Assembly: GCA_977017645.1 (NCBI GenBank)
Contig: OZ360222.1
Location: 216,566,001 to 216,630,000 of the forward strand
Length of the DNA stretch: 64,000 bases
Reading direction: 5' to 3'
Source of the DNA: Torpedo marmorata
Taxonomy: Eukaryota
The notes under the pieces are model-generated. The model saw nothing but the letters and a program-made list of their open reading frames with translations. It did not search any database and was not told the DNA's origin. Below, in pieces: positions 12,614 to 25,962 of the stretch; position 1 is the stretch's first letter, and each line of letters opens with the position of its first letter. The position numbers and the translations under genes were made by a program.

Positions 12614-13458
12614 GATTCAAGATTCAAGATTCAATTTATTGTCATAGTAATAAGACAGTGTCATATTCCATGAAATTTCTTTTTGCCTGCTGCAAGGCAG
12701 ACAGATTCGCCACCGGCAGAAATTGCCTAAGTGCCTCTAACATTCCTTACAGTCAGAGAAAGAGAAGCAAAAGAGAGTCCCCCCAGAGTCACCGAGTGTC
12801 CGTAGATTCGCCTCCAGCGCTTCCGCAGCCACACAGAGTCCAGTCCAAACGATCGGCATCCCGAGCTCCAGATCCGAACCTCCAACACGGTCAGGTCTCC
12901 CTCGGCACCCCCTCGCATCCCGGTTCCGATACCTGGTACTCCTCCAGCCAGTTCGAGCCAGCCTCCAGCAGTCCGCAGCCCGGCGTGAGTCCCCCGACAG
13001 CAGTCTCCAGCAGCCCACAAACTCCGCGGGTTCCTCGCCTCGAGTCGCCAGCAGCCCGCCGCATGCATTTGTCCTTCAGCCTCAGAGCCCCTCACCGGTC
13101 CGCCGCTGTGGTCACCGTCCCGTGGGTCGCCTCCTCCGCTTCTCCTTCTCAGACGGGGGTGATCTTCCCGTCCTCCGGTGCCCTGCTCCAGTCCCCCGCT
13201 TCCCCGGAGTCTGCAGCCCCTCGTGGCTGCTGCCGATTAATAGGCGCTGCCATCTTGGGCGCAGACCCCGCGGTCGCGGGATCTCAAATAAAACCACCAT
13301 CGGCTCCTTTAACGGGCCGTTCAAAGCCCGTGCAGAACCGACGGCAGTCGACTGGGCGGCTGGACCCCGCGGGAGCGCTGTATCTCCGCTCCCTCACTCC
13401 CCGCGGGTCCGCACCAGCAGCAGCGCTGCCGCTACAGTGGCTCCGGCAGCGCCGCCAT
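12614..13458 (-). mobile_element. ~850-bp GC-rich non-autonomous retroposon, copy 1
   Basis: Highly similar to 18778-19615 and 53736-54584; element strand ends AATAAA(TTGAATC)n. Confidence 0.85.
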
Positions 13459-13629
13459 TTCATGATACTACATAAAAATTCTAATGATTTGGCACAATCC
13501 AGACTAAGGTAGTGCCAGAGAATTAGATTTTCTGGATTTTTGCTCCAACAGACTTTTAAGTTCTCATTCTTGAGATGTTGCATAATATAATAAAATTTCC
13601 AGTGAACCCGACAAATTTGAAGGGAGCAT

Positions 13630-13900
13630 CAGAACAGAGGCCCCAGTGAGTTTCAGGGGAGTGCAGGAAATGAGAACCCAGGTGAATTTCAGAGCAGTGT
13701 GGGAAGTGGATTCCTGGTGAGTTTCAGGTAAGAGCAGGAACTGGAGCCCCAGTGAGTTTTGGTGGAGTGCAGGAACTGAGAACCCTGTGAATTTTAGGGG
13801 ACTGCGGGAACAGGGGCCCCAATGAGTTTCAGGGGAGCGCGGTAATGGGACACTCGGTCAGCTTCAGAGGAACTGGGACTCCTTTGTACTTCAGGGTAGC
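13630..13900. repeat. Degenerate ~38-40-bp tandem repeat
   Basis: About 7 units of CCCAGTGAGTTTCAGGGGAGTGCAGGAA.. Confidence 0.75.
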
Positions 13901-14580
13901 ATGCAAAACATCATCTGTGTGCCAGGTGTTGAATGATCTGGAGTTCTGAATTTTGGGAAATGCAGTGGAAAGTGGAGTTGAAGCTAAATTTGAATGGTGG
14001 AGCAGGCTCAGAGGGCTGCATGTTCTAACTCTATTCCTATTCTTATGGATCTAAACCAGGGAAATGAAAATGAAGTGCATAGCAACCAAAGTGTAAATGT
14101 ACAATAGAATGGAGTCAAGAGTCTGAACATCTAACTCTCTAACATAAATGAGGTTGGAAGGATTAAAAATAGATGCCCATTTGGGGATCAGTTCATTGTG
14201 ATTCAGTTAGGGTGAAAACCTGTATGGTCAGTTGATCATTGAAATAATTTGAAAATTGATATCTTGTGACTTTTGAGTTATTTTACTTTCTTGTCTCTTC
14301 TACCAATTCACTGAGGTGTAAATCCAGAATAAAAACCAGACAAAATATTTGGATGCAAATTGCATCTCTATCTGAAAATTACTAGGTTGCCTAAAATATA
14401 TGTGCATGATTATGATAAATGAATTTGCAAATTTAGTTGATAGTTTAGGATTACAAGCTTATACCATGATTGTAATCAATGATATTCTGTTTTCTCTCAA
14501 GAAAATCTTAGAATACTTGTTGAAACACAAGAAAAAATATCATAACAATCTTTCTAATGACATTACCTTTTTATTTCCAG

Positions 14581-14773
14581 AATAGAAATGTAGATCTGGA
14601 GAATGCTACTATTCAGAAACAACGCAATGAATTACAGCTGCTTGTGGTAGAACTAAAAGATCGGGATAAAGAGTTAAATGAAATGGTGGCAGCGCATCAG
14701 AAGCAGCTCCTGGCGTGGGAGGAGGATCGCCTGCGTATACTCAGCCTAGAAGAGAGATGTGCCAAAATGGAGC
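14581..14773 (+). CDS. ccdc62: Coiled-coil domain-containing protein 62, exon
   Basis: TIQKQRNELQLLVVELKDRDKELNEMVAAHQKQLLAWEEDR closely matches CCDC62 as recalled (TIEKQRKELQLLIGELKDRDKELNDMV); AG/GT boundaries, phase 0 to 1. Confidence 0.93.
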
Positions 14774-15034
14774 GTTAGTACAGTTTTTAAAAGTTTAGAC
14801 CTCATCTCTTAATTAACCTTTGTGGATAAGTAAATGTCTTATCCACAAAAAATAATTATCCCAGTTCTGAAATTTGTTATTGCCTTGAAACAGGCAATAA
14901 GGCTTTTCTCTGGAGAACTTCCGAGATGATTCACATTGGTAGGAAAAGTAGAACTGGATTTTTAACTTGATAAAGATATGCTGTTAATGAATATGAAATT
15001 AGCATACAGATATTGCAAGCAGTAAGAAATACAC

Positions 15035-15584
15035 ATCAGAATCAGAATCAGAATTTATTGTCATGAACAAGTCATGAAATTCGGTGCTTTGCGGCAGCAT
15101 CATAGTGCAATTAACATTCATATTAACCATTCTAACGACATTACTATATAAAAAAAATTATAAACAATAGTGCACTAGTGTCTTTGGTTCATTGATTGTT
15201 CAGGAATCTGATGGCAGCGGGGAAGAAGCTGACCTTGTGCCGTTGAGTGCTCGTCTTTAGGCTCCTGTACCTTTTCCCCGATGGAAGCAGCGTGAAGAGG
15301 GCATGGCCTGGGTGGTGGGGGTCCTTGAGGATAGAGGCTGCTTTATTAAGACATCGCCTCATGTAGATGTCCTCGATGGAGTGAAGTTTGGTGCCCGTGA
15401 TGTCACAGGCTGAGTTAACAACCTTCTGGAGTTTGCTCTTGTCCTGGGAGTTGGCGCCACCATACCAGGCAGTGATGCAACCAGCTAGAATGCTCTCCAC
15501 GGTACACCTGTAGAAGTTCACGAGAGTCTTTGGCGACATACTGAATCTCCGCAATCGCCTCACAAAGTATAGCCGCTGACGAGC
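15035..15584 (-). mobile_element. Rex1/Babar LINE 3' fragment
   Basis: ARQRLYFVRRLRRF...YRCTVESILAGCITAWYG...HPGHALFTLLPSG; (TTCTGA)n tail; near-identical to 25480-26965. Confidence 0.9.
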
Positions 15585-15589
15585 ATGTG

Positions 15590-15990
15590 CCAATGCATCC
15601 ACAATTTCCATTTTTACTTTTGCAATTTAGCACTTTTTTATTGTTGCTTATTTCTTTGATCTCATTTACTTTGGCCTTGTAGTTTCCTCTATTTCTGGGA
15701 TGTTTCTGTCTTTTGTAACTTTAGGTAATATTTTACTTTTGCCATCTCTGTAAAAGTCCTTATGTTTTTTGCTAGATTTTTTTTATAATCTACTTTCGCT
15801 TTCTTTGATAATGCTTTGATTTCCCCTTGCTGAATTTTCAAATTTACCCAAACTTCAGGCTTACTGTTTTGTGCTGAAAGACAGAGGGAAGTAATGCAGA
15901 GACCAAACAAAAGTTAGAAAAGAGAAAATTAAGAGTGGAGTACAAAAAGTCAGATGCAAAAGATACAAATATGTTTTTCACATAGAACTT
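15590..15990 (-). mobile_element. Decayed CR1 ORF2 fragment
   Basis: KKAKVDYKKNLAKNI remnant resembling the CR1 endonuclease-RT linker. Confidence 0.45.
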
Positions 15991-16034
15991 CCATTTTTTT
16001 TCCGTTCTGAAGTGTCTCCATAACTTCCGGGAGT

Positions 16035-16310
16035 GGCCGTTCACACAGGAATGACCAAAACTCCAAATATCCGTATCACACCGCGAGTTTAGACAGAATA
16101 CTTGAAGTGCGGTATTTATGTCCTATTCATTAGCCCGTTGCTGCGGATCGCCTGCAGTTCAGTTTAGACTGCAGGCAATCCATAAAAATATCTAGGGGTC
16201 GAGGAGGTAAAATTTTGGAACGGGAATTCCCTTTACGATCTTTTTACACAGACTGCGTTCCGGAAAATTGGGAATAATTGCCTGGAACGCAGCGGCTGTG
16301 TAAAAAACAT
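16035..16310. mobile_element. Possible degenerate MITE
   Basis: TTCACACAG ... CTGTGTAAA imperfect inverted ends and internal TT(T/C)ACACAG subrepeats; TSD not resolved. Confidence 0.35.
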
Positions 16311-16319
16311 AATTGATTG

Positions 16320-19300
16320 CTAGATTCTAAAATGGCACTTTACCTGAATGCCCGTGGTATTCGATACAAGGTCAGTGAACTTGTGGCACAAATCAGTGCA
16401 AAAGGCATGATTTAGTGGCTATTACAGAAACATGGTTGCAGGGTGGAGATGAATGGGAATTAAATATCCAAGGATAGCAGGTAATTCAGAAGGATAGGCA
16501 GGAAGGTATGGGAGTTGTGAGAGCGCTCTTAATTAAGGATGACATCAGGGCGATAGAGACCTATAAGACTTAAGGAGCAGAATGTTGAATCCATCTGGGT
16601 AGAGATTAGAAATGATAAGGGGAAACAAATCAATGGAGGGAGTAATCTATAGGCAACCAAATAATAACATTACATTGGCATAGCCAATAAAACAAAAAAT
16701 ATCTGATGCATGTAAGATTGGAATAGCAGTTGTCATGGTGGACTTTAACTTGAACATAGATTGGGTAAATGAGATTGGTCGAGGCAGTCTTGAGTAGGAC
16801 TTCATAGAATGCATCTGTGATAACTTTCATAAACAGCATGTTATCGAACCGATGGGGAACATGCTATCTTAGGTCTAGTTCTGAGTAATGAGACAGGTAA
16901 AATTAATGATCTTGGAGCTAGGGATCCTGTTGGAAAGAGTGGTCAAAGAATGATTGAATTTCTCATACAAATGATGGTTGCAATAGTTTTATCTAAAATC
17001 GGTGTAGCGTATACTGGGAGCACAGGCTATATAGTGGGGCAATTGAGGAACAGTGAAAGATTTTCAAATAGATTTTTCACAGTGCTCAACAAAAGTATAT
17101 TCCAGTTACCTGAAAATGCAAGGACAGTATGGCTGGAGAGAGCCAGTCTTGGATAACTAAGGAAATAAAGAAAAGCATCAAAACTAAAAGCTTATGCAAA
17201 GAAAGTCGCCACGAGTTGTGGGAAACGAAAATTGGGAAAACTTTAAAATGCAACAAAGAGCCAACAAGCAACCAGTAAAGAAAGGGATGTTAGATTATGA
17301 AAGTAAACTGGCACAAAATATAAAACAATAAGTTTTTATAATTATATAAAGCGGAAAAGGGTGGTTCAGGTGAATGTAGGTCACTTGGAAGATGAAAAGG
17401 GGAATTAATATTGGATAATGCAGAAATGAACGAGGCCTTGAACGACTTCACACATCTAACATGCCAAAGAGATAGTAGGGATGTGATGGGATGTGATGTC
17501 CTCGATACAATCACAATAACTAAAGAAATAGTGCTCAGCAAACTAGTGGGTCAAAAGGTAGGTAAGTCCCCTGGTCCAAAAAATAGTGAAAGTTATAGTA
17601 GAGGCTTCATTCATAATTTACCAAAATTCTCTGGACTTGGGCAGGTCCCAGCGGATTGGAGGGTAGCAAATGTTATGCTTTGTTTAAAAAAGGATGCAGG
17701 TAAAAGATAGGTAACTATAGGCCAGTTAGCTTAAAGTCTGGAGTCAGGGAAATGCTTGAAGCCATCGAATAGCAAGACATCTGGATAGAAAATGTTCCAT
17801 CAAGTAGATGTATCATGGGTTAGGGTTAGGGAAGGTCCTGTTTGACAAATTTACTGGAGTTCTTTGAGGATATAATAAGCGCAGTGAATAGAGAACAGGT
17901 GGCTTTTGTATATTTGAATTTCCAAAAGACGTTTGATATGGTGCCGCAATTAAGAATTATGCACCACATAAGGATGCATATGTTTTAATGTTGATAGAGG
18001 ATTGGTTAACCAATAGAAGGCAGAGTTGAAATAAATGGGTGGTTCTCTGGAGCGGAGTGCCATGGGGGTCGTGATAGGCTCACAACTGTTCACAATATCC
18101 AATAATGATTTGGAAGAGAGGCCTGAGTGTAGTTTATCTAACTTTGCTGATGACACTAAATTGAGTGGAAAAGCAAATAGTTCAGAAGATGTGGAGAGTA
18201 TGCAGAGAGATATAGATGGGTGAAGGAGTACAATGTTGGTAAATGCAAGGTCCACTTTGAAAGGAAAAATAGAAGATCAGATTATTATTTAAATGGTGAA
18301 AGATTGCAGCATACTGTTGTGCAGAGGGACTTGTGAGTTCTTGTGTATGAATCACAAAAGGTTGGTTTGCAGGTGCAACAGGTAATCAGGAAGGCATGTG
18401 GAATGTTGGCCTTCATTGCTAGAGAGATTGAATTTAAGAGCAGCAAGATACTGTTGCAACTGTACAGGGCACTGGTGGGGCTGCACCTTGAGTACTGTGT
18501 ACAGTTCTGGTCTCTTTACTTGAGAAAGGATATATAGTGTACTAGCTTTGGAGGAATTGCAGAGTAGGCTCACCAGGTTAATCCCAGAGATGAGGGAGGT
18601 TAGCCCATGTGGAAAGATTGAGTTACCTGGGACTGTACTTGCCAGAATTCAGGTGAATGAGAAAGGGATACATAAGATAGAGGCAGGAAAGTTATTTCCA
18701 CTGATAGGTGAGACATAGCCTCATGATTCGGTGGAGCTAATTTAGGATGGAAATGAGGAGGAACTGCTTTTCCCAGAGATTCAAGATTCAATTTATTGTC
18801 ATAGTAATAAGTCAGTGTCATATTCTATGAAATTTCTTTTTGCCTGCTGCAAGGCAGACAGATTCGCCACCGGCAGAAATTGCCTAAGCGCCTCTAACAT
18901 TCCTTACATTCAGAGAAATAGAAGCAAAAGCGAGTCCCCCCAGAGTCATCGAGTGTCCGTAGATTAGCCTCCAGCGCTTCCGCAGCAACACAGAGTCCAG
19001 TCCAAACCATGGCAACCCGAGCTCCAGATCCCAAGCTCCAACAAGGTCAGGGTGCCCTCGGCACCCCCTCGCATCCTGGTTCCGATACCTGGTACTCCTC
19101 CAGCCAGTTCGAGGCAGCCTCCAGCAGTCCGCAGCCCGGCGTGAGTCCCCCGACAGCAATCTCCAGCAGCCCACAGCCTCCGCTGGTTCCTCGCCTCGAG
19201 TCACCAGCAGCCCGCCACATGAACTGGTCCTTCAGCCTCAGAGCCCCTCACTGGTCCGCCGCTGTGGTCACCGTCCCGTGGGTCGTCTCCTCCGCTTCTC

Positions 19301-19820
19301 CTTCTCAGACGGGGGGTGATCTTCCTGTCCTCTGGTGCCCTGCTCTAGTCCTCCGCTTCCCCGGAGTCTGCAGCCCCTCGTGGCTGCTGCCGGTTAAAAG
19401 GCGCTGCCATCTTGGGCGCAGACCTCGTGGTCGCGGGATCTTAAATAAAACCACCGTCGGCTCCCTCAGTGGGCCGTTCAAAGCCCGTGCAGAACCGTTG
19501 GCAGTCGACTGGGCGGCTGGACCCCGCGGGAGCACTGTATCTCCGCTCCCACGCTCCCTGCGGGTTCGCACCAGCGGCAACGCTGCCGCTACAGCGGCTC
19601 CGGCAGCGCCGCCGTTGTAGAAATCTGTGGAATTCTCTGCCCAAGGAAGCAGTAGAGGCTACCTCATTAAATATATTTAAGACACAGTTAGATAGATTTT
19701 TGCATAGTGTGGGGAAGTTACCGAAGGTGGAGCTAAGTCCAAATCTGCCATGATCTTAGTGAATGGCAGAGCAGGCTCCATGGGCCAGATGGCGTACACC
19801 TGCTCCTAGTTCTTATGTTT
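16320..19820 (+). mobile_element. Decayed CR1 ORF2 through 3' tail, interrupted by retroposon copy 2
   Basis: Endonuclease remnants, KSPGP, FADDTKLSG, LYRALVGLHLEYCVQFWS; tail CTCCTAGTTCTTATG. Confidence 0.88.
18778..19615 (-). mobile_element. ~840-bp GC-rich non-autonomous retroposon, copy 2
   Basis: Same sequence and tail as copy 1; splits a CR1 between TTCCCAGAG and AATCTGTGGAATTCTC. Confidence 0.85.
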
Positions 19821-20390
19821 TTTTTGGAAAATAATGCACCTTTTCCTTTGATCTAATATATTCTTTAACCTCACTTGACAGGCATTGCTAGACCACTTAT
19901 TCAGTTGAATTTTTTTGCCTTAATGTATATCTGTAAATTTTGTACTAATTCTTTGTACATTAGCCATTCATTGCTTAGTGTCATACTTTTTAATATATTT
20001 TTCTACCAAAACCAACTCATGCCTGTTCTTTTGCAGTTTGTTTTATTCTGATTTAAGACCCAAGTTTCAAATTGAACTCGATCACTTTCAGTTTTTAAAT
20101 AAAACTTGCTGTTCTCTAAATTATTCTCTTAAGCCCCCTTAATTGCCTACTCATCCTGTTTCTTTGAGCTTGAAAGTCTAAAACAAGGGGACATGGTCTC
20201 AGGACATGGAATTAATCAATAGGGTATTGAGTATGACTTATTCTTTGTAAAATACTTCCCAGAAAAAAAAACATGCTTATAGAATAAAAAAAAAACATTT
20301 TCCATAGGTCAGTAATGTGCCAAGGAGAAAAGCATGAATGTATGTTTTTTTCAATTACTTACACACCGGTAATAATACTGTGTTTAATAG

Positions 20391-20557
20391 ACGAACTGCG
20401 AAACAGGAACGAGATCATTAGAAGTTTAAGTGCACAGCACAAAAATTTGGAATCTCAACAAGCTGATTGTCTGAAAGCACTCAACTGCACCCAGCAAAAG
20501 CTGAAGGAAATGTCTGAAAAAGCAGCAGAGTCTGCTAGTAACTGTGAAGAACTAAAG
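20391..20557 (+). CDS. ccdc62: ccdc62 exon (ELRNRNEIIRSL...CEELK)
   Basis: TAG acceptor, AAG|GTAAAC donor, phase 1 to 0, similar to CCDC62 ELHKRTEIIRSL. Confidence 0.9.
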
Positions 20558-20646
20558 GTAAACTGCTATTGGAAACAAAAAATAAAATGTTTGTCCCGTA
20601 ATTGTCGATTTAAATGCAATTGATGGATTCTGCTTGCCTCAACCAG

Positions 20647-20748
20647 GACAGGAACAAAAGTTTGAATTCCTCTGTGATGGAGCTTTCTGCCCAGGTGGGA
20701 CAGTTACAAGCACGTGAACAAGAGCTCACTACAATGCTAGAATTAAAG
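20647..20748 (+). CDS. ccdc62: ccdc62 exon (DRNKSL...ELSAQVGQLQAREQELTTMLELK)
   Basis: ELSAQVGQLQAREQ motif as in CCDC62; follows an 89-bp intron; phase 0-0. Confidence 0.93.
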
Positions 20749-21249
20749 GTACTAAAAGTGATCAATGAAATGTACAGTAAATCTACTGTGTTGTCAACTT
20801 TAAGCAGATCTTGGAAGTTTACATTCATGATTTTTTTTAAAATTCCACTGTCAATGGAATAAATGAGGTGTTATTGTTAGACGTCATTGAAGCCAATGGG
20901 TTTTCAAAAATAAATTATTTCAATTTTGTGTTGCATCCCTCTCTCCCTTTCAAAAGGATCTTCAATCAGAAACATTAATTTTCTTTTTCCAAAGATGTTT
21001 CTGGCACTTTCTACTTTTATATCATTAAGTATTACAACTTATTTTGTTTGACATCAATATGTTAGACATTTGCCATAATTACAGTCTGAAAGAACAGAAG
21101 CTGCAGGCTTTCCACTATGCATAGTCGCACGTAGAAATCCTGAAGTTTCTATCAGGGAATCGACCCTCTTCCAAAGGCTGCATTCATTGTAGCCTCTCTA
21201 AGGCAGTCAATAAAAATCAATTAAATACTATAACTGAAAAACTATAAGC

Positions 21250-22050
21250 AAACAGTAAGAAGCTGGTGAGTTTTACCGGGTCAGACAGGATTCGTGGAGA
21301 GAAATGGACTATCAGTGATTCGAGTTCGGATCCTTTGTCAAGTCTAAGGTGGGAGGGGGAGAGAGCAAGCATAAAAAGGAGAGGGAAAGAGCTAGGGAGG
21401 GCCTAGAGGTAATGGAATAGTGGACAAATGTAGGCAGAAGAGCTGAGGCAGGCAGGGGAGAAGGGTTGGGGGGTAGAATTTTGAGGGAAAAACAGTACTG
21501 GAATGGAGTGGGAGAATGGGAACAGGCAAAGGAGATGGAAACAGTAGAATCGGATCGAGGTAGGAGTCAGCTGAAATTTGGAAAATTCAACGTTCATACC
21601 ATTTAGTTGTAGCTACTCAGACCGAACATGATAAGCTGTTCTTCATAACATTGAATTTTCCAACTTCAAGTAACGCCCACCGCAATCTACTGTTTCCATC
21701 TGACCTTCACCTGTTCCCATTGCCCCAGACTATTCTAGTACTGCTTTTTGCTCAAATGCCAACCCCCCCCCCATCCCAAAGATCTCTACCCCCACTCCCC
21801 TGCTGGTATTCCCACTCAACCTCTCCCAGATTTCTGACTAATAACCTATTATCTCTTGGCCCCTCCCTTGCCCTTCCCCATTACTTTTCATGCGTGCTCT
21901 CTTTCACTTCCCATCTTAGTCTTGAAAAGAGGACCCAACCCAAAAAAAACATTGACTGTCTATTTCTTTTCAAAGATGCTGCCTAACCATTGAGTCCCTC
22001 CAGCATCTCGTTATTTGCTAAGAGCATCTGCATTGTCCTGTGTCTCAAAA
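21250..22050. repeat. Two decayed Penelope 3' ends in inverted (fold-back) arrangement
   Basis: Purine-rich arm 21250-21650 like the minus-strand Penelope ends, then a pyrimidine-rich arm ending GATGCTGCCTAACCATTGAGTCCCTCCAGC. Confidence 0.55.
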
Positions 22051-22135
22051 AAGCTATAAGCCGTCTTCGAGAATGTTCCATATGTATTCTTGGATAAGTG
22101 CTGCAATAACCATGTTGTGAATGCATTTTGTCTAG

Positions 22136-22307
22136 GACAAAGATATGGTTGAAGCTACCAATCATATCATGGATCTTACATCTCGGTTTAAAACCTTGGA
22201 GGGTGCACTACGAGAAGCCAGGCTAAATGAAACAAATTCCAGGAAAGAAGTTCATGATAACAAGCAGCATTCAAAAAACCTACGACATGAAGTCTGCAAG
22301 CTTAAGG
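22136..22307 (+). CDS. ccdc62: ccdc62 exon (DKDMVEATNHI...EVCKLK)
   Basis: CTAG acceptor, G|GTAGGT donor, phase 0 to 1; similar to DKDIIEAVNHI. Confidence 0.9.
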
Positions 22308-24813
22308 GTAGGTTGTAAATGACTGTTTAGGAATTTATGTTAATAAATGTACAGAATAATAACACGTCATTTAAATATTCATTTAATGAAAACCCATTCA
22401 CACTGCAGTATCTAGTGATTATTTGTTGACTGGTATGTTTCATTGTTATATTACAGAGATTTATGCGCTAAACATTTCAGATGTTATTTTCTCTTTTCTT
22501 CCTTCCTCCCCTTTAATGGTTCTGATTCTAAATCGAAAAAGTGAATCAAGTTGCGGTGATACAATTACCCTTAAATCGGTAGAGAATTGGGAGAGAGAAA
22601 AGGGGAGAATGGCTTTGTTGAATGGGTGAGATACATGTAAACTGAGAAAATCTATTTCAGGGAAGGATTTGGATAAGAGAATGACAAGATTAAACTGTTG
22701 CTTACTGGAAAATTCTGGTAATTTTTAGAAGGAAAAAAAATATTCATATTGCAAATTTCATGATCTCAGGGCATCCCAAACAACTTTATAGCTAACAAAG
22801 TAACACCCTAAGCCTAATCTCTGAGATAATGTGGAAGCTGAGGTGCAAGGAAAACAACAGCTCATGTTCAGATTTTATTTTATTTTAAAGTTAATGTTAT
22901 TGGTTTTGGGATTTAATAGTTTAAGAGGGAGAAACTAAAATCAGAGGTGTCGTATACCAGTGGAATAAAGGGGACTACAGAGGTATGAGAGAGGAACTGG
23001 CAAAAGTTAATTGGAAAGGCACACAAGCAGGGAGGACGGTAGAGCAGCAATGGCTGGAGTTTCTGCGAGAAGTAAGGAAAGTGCAGGACAGATATAATCT
23101 AAAAAAGAAAAAATATTTGAATGGAAAAATGACTCAACTATGGCTGACAAGAGAAGTCAAAGCCAAAGTAAAGGCAAAAGAAAGAGCATACAAGTAAGTA
23201 AAAATTAGTGGGAAGATAGAGGACTGGGAAGCTTTTAAAAACATACAGAAGGCAACTAAAAAGGTCACGAAGAAGGAAAAGATGAACTTTAAAAGGAGGC
23301 TAGCAAATAATATAAAAAAGAATACTAAAAGCTTTTTCAAGTATATTAAGAGTAATAAAGAGGCAAGAGTAGATATAGGACCAATAGAAAATGACACTGG
23401 AGAAATTATAATGGGAGACAAGGAGATGGCAGAGGAACTGAATGAGTATTTTGCATCAGTCTTCACTATTGAAGACATTAGCGGTATACCGGACTTTCAA
23501 GGGTGTCAGGAAAGAGAGGTGAGTGCAATCACGATCACCAGAGAGAAGGTGCTTGGGAAGCTGAAAGGTCTAAGGGTAGGTAAATCTCCCGGACCAGATG
23601 GAATGCACCCTTGGGTTCTGAAAGAAGTAGCTATAGAGATTGTGGAGGCATTAGTAATGAGCTTCCAAGAATCAGTATATTCTCGCACGGTTCCGGAGGA
23701 TTGGAAAATTGCAAAGGTCACTCCGCTATTTAAAAACGGAGGGGGGGAGGGGGCAGCAGAAAGGAAATTATAGACCTATTAGCCTAACATCGGTGGTTGG
23801 GAAGTTGTTAGAGTCGATTGTCAAGGATGAAGTTACAGAGTACCTGGATGACAAGATAGGCCAAAGTCAGCATGGTTTCCTTAAGGGAAAATCTTGCCTG
23901 ACAAACCTACTGCAATTTTTTTAGGAAACCACAAATAGACTAGACAAAGCACATGCAGTGGATGTTGTATATTCGGACTTTCAAAAGGCCCTTGACAAGG
24001 TGCCGCAGATGAAGAAGAACAAAACAGTGCCTACTAGAATCCCTGAAAAGGCTGAGGACCCTGTGATATCTGTCTCTGAGGGCGACGTCAGAACATCATT
24101 CAAGAGGGTGAACCCTCGCAAGGCGTCAGGCCCTGACGGCGTACCTGGCAGGGTATTGAAAATCTGTGCCAACCAACTAGCCGGAGTGTTCACGGACATT
24201 TTCAACCTCTCATTGCGGCAGTCAGAGGTTCCCACCTGCTTCAAAAGGGCATCAATCATCCCGGTACCCAAGAAGAGTAGTGTGGGCTGCCTCAACGACT
24301 ACCTCCCAGTAGCACTAACTTCTACTGTGATGAAATGCTTTGAGAGGCTGGTCATGGCCAGAATTAACACATACCTAAGCAAAGATCTGGACCCACTGCA
24401 ATTCGCCTATCGCCACAATCGCTCCACAGCAGATGCAATATCGCTGGCTCTCCACTCAGCTCTGGATCACCTCGAAAACAGCAATTCATACATATGGCTG
24501 CTCTTCATCGACTACAGCTTGGCTTTCAATACCATTATTCCCTCAGTGCTGGTCAAGAAGCTACAAGCTCTAGGCCTCTGTACCCCCATCTGCAACTGGA
24601 TCCTTGACTTTCTCATCGGAAGACCACAGTCAGTACAAATTGGAAACAACGTCTCCTCCTCACTGATTATCAACACAGGCGCACCCCAAGGATGCGCGTG
24701 CTTAGTCCACTGCTCTACTCGTTATACACCCATGACTGTGTGGCCAGGCACAATTCCAATGCCATCTACAAGTTTGCTGATGACACCACAATTGTCGGCA
24801 GAATCACAAACGG

Positions 24814-25227
24814 AAAGAATAACATATAATATGAGGAATAAATATGGGGTATTTTTGCATTTATCCAATTATTAGGAATGAATATTTAAATGTGTTGCTC
24901 TACATCCTAGACCCTGCTGACTCTCTTAAATTTAAACTTAAAGAATGAACATTGTTGAATATCTTGCACCGAGCCGTGGACCCGTACAGATATTCTTTCT
25001 TCCTCTCTCTTTCTTTTCCTATTTTTAGTGAGGGGAGGGGATAAGGGATGGGCAGGGTGGAGGGTGGGTTGTTTTAGTAAGGGTGGGTTTAGATGGGGTT
25101 AGAATCACGGTAATACGAATTTTGTATGTATTGAATTCATTAATGTTTATTATGTACCTTGTACTATTTTGTATTATTGTGAAAAATTTGAAAATTTAAA
25201 ATAAAATATAAAAAAAAACCCAAAAAA
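24814..25227 (+). mobile_element. L1 3' end fragment with A-rich tail
   Basis: ERITYNMRNKY like the L1 C-terminus EKITYNL.NKY; G-rich 3'UTR, AATAAA and A tail; TSD ACAAACGG at 24806-24813 and 25228-25235. Confidence 0.85.
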
Positions 25228-25962
25228 ACAAACGGCAATGAGGAAGCGTACAGGAGGGAGATAGATCAGCTCGTTGAATGGTGTAATGGCAACAACCTTG
25301 AGCTCAACGTCAGCAAAACCAAGGAGATGATTGTGGATTTCAGGAGGAAGTCAGGGGAACACGACCCAGTCCTCATCGAGGGCTCAGTAGTGGAGAGGGT
25401 CAAGAACTTCAAATTCCTGGGTGTCAACATCTCCGAGGATCTGTCCTGGAGCACCCACGTTGATGAAATCACGAAGAAGGCTCGTCAGCGGCTATACTTT
25501 GTGAGGTGTCTGCGGAGATTCGGTATGTCATCAAAGACTCTCGTAAACTTCTACAGGTGTACCGTGGAGAGCATTCTGGCTGGTTGCATCACTGCCTGGT
25601 ATGGAGGCGCCAACTCTCAGGACAAGAGTAAACTCCAGAGGGTTGTTAACTCGGCCTGTGACATCACAGGCACCAAACTTCACTCCATCGAGGACATCTA
25701 CATGAGGCGGTGTCTTAAAAAAGCAGCCTCTATCCTCAAAGACCCCCACCACCCAGGCCATGCCCTCTTCACTCTGCTTCCATCGGGAAAAAGGTACAGG
25801 AGCCTAAAGATGAGCACTCAACGGCACAAGGACAGCTTCTTCCTCGCTGCCATCAGATTCCTGAATAATCAATGAACCAAAGACACTGCCTTACTTTTCG
25901 TGCACTATTGTTTATAATTTTTTGTAGTAATGTCGTTAGATGGTTAATATGAATGTTAATTG

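Larger units (their letters stand above)
12312..14048 (+). mobile_element. Decayed CR1 3' fragment split by a GC-rich retroposon and a tandem repeat
   Basis: AGAAGATTGAGGGGTGA and GGAATTCCCTTCCCC segments at 12312-12613; CR1-like tail TTCCTATTCTTATG at about 14035. Confidence 0.55.

Noticed and set aside
12607-13512. 301-aa ORF (and 203-aa and 182-aa equivalents in the other copies) as a novel gene
   Set aside because: It is antisense to a GC-rich repeat, low-complexity P/S/A/R-rich, lacks an ATG start, and the frame is broken differently in each copy.
13630-13900. Regularly spaced ~39-bp repeats as a CRISPR array
   Set aside because: Units are contiguous degenerate tandem copies with no unique spacers, no cas genes, and the context is vertebrate.
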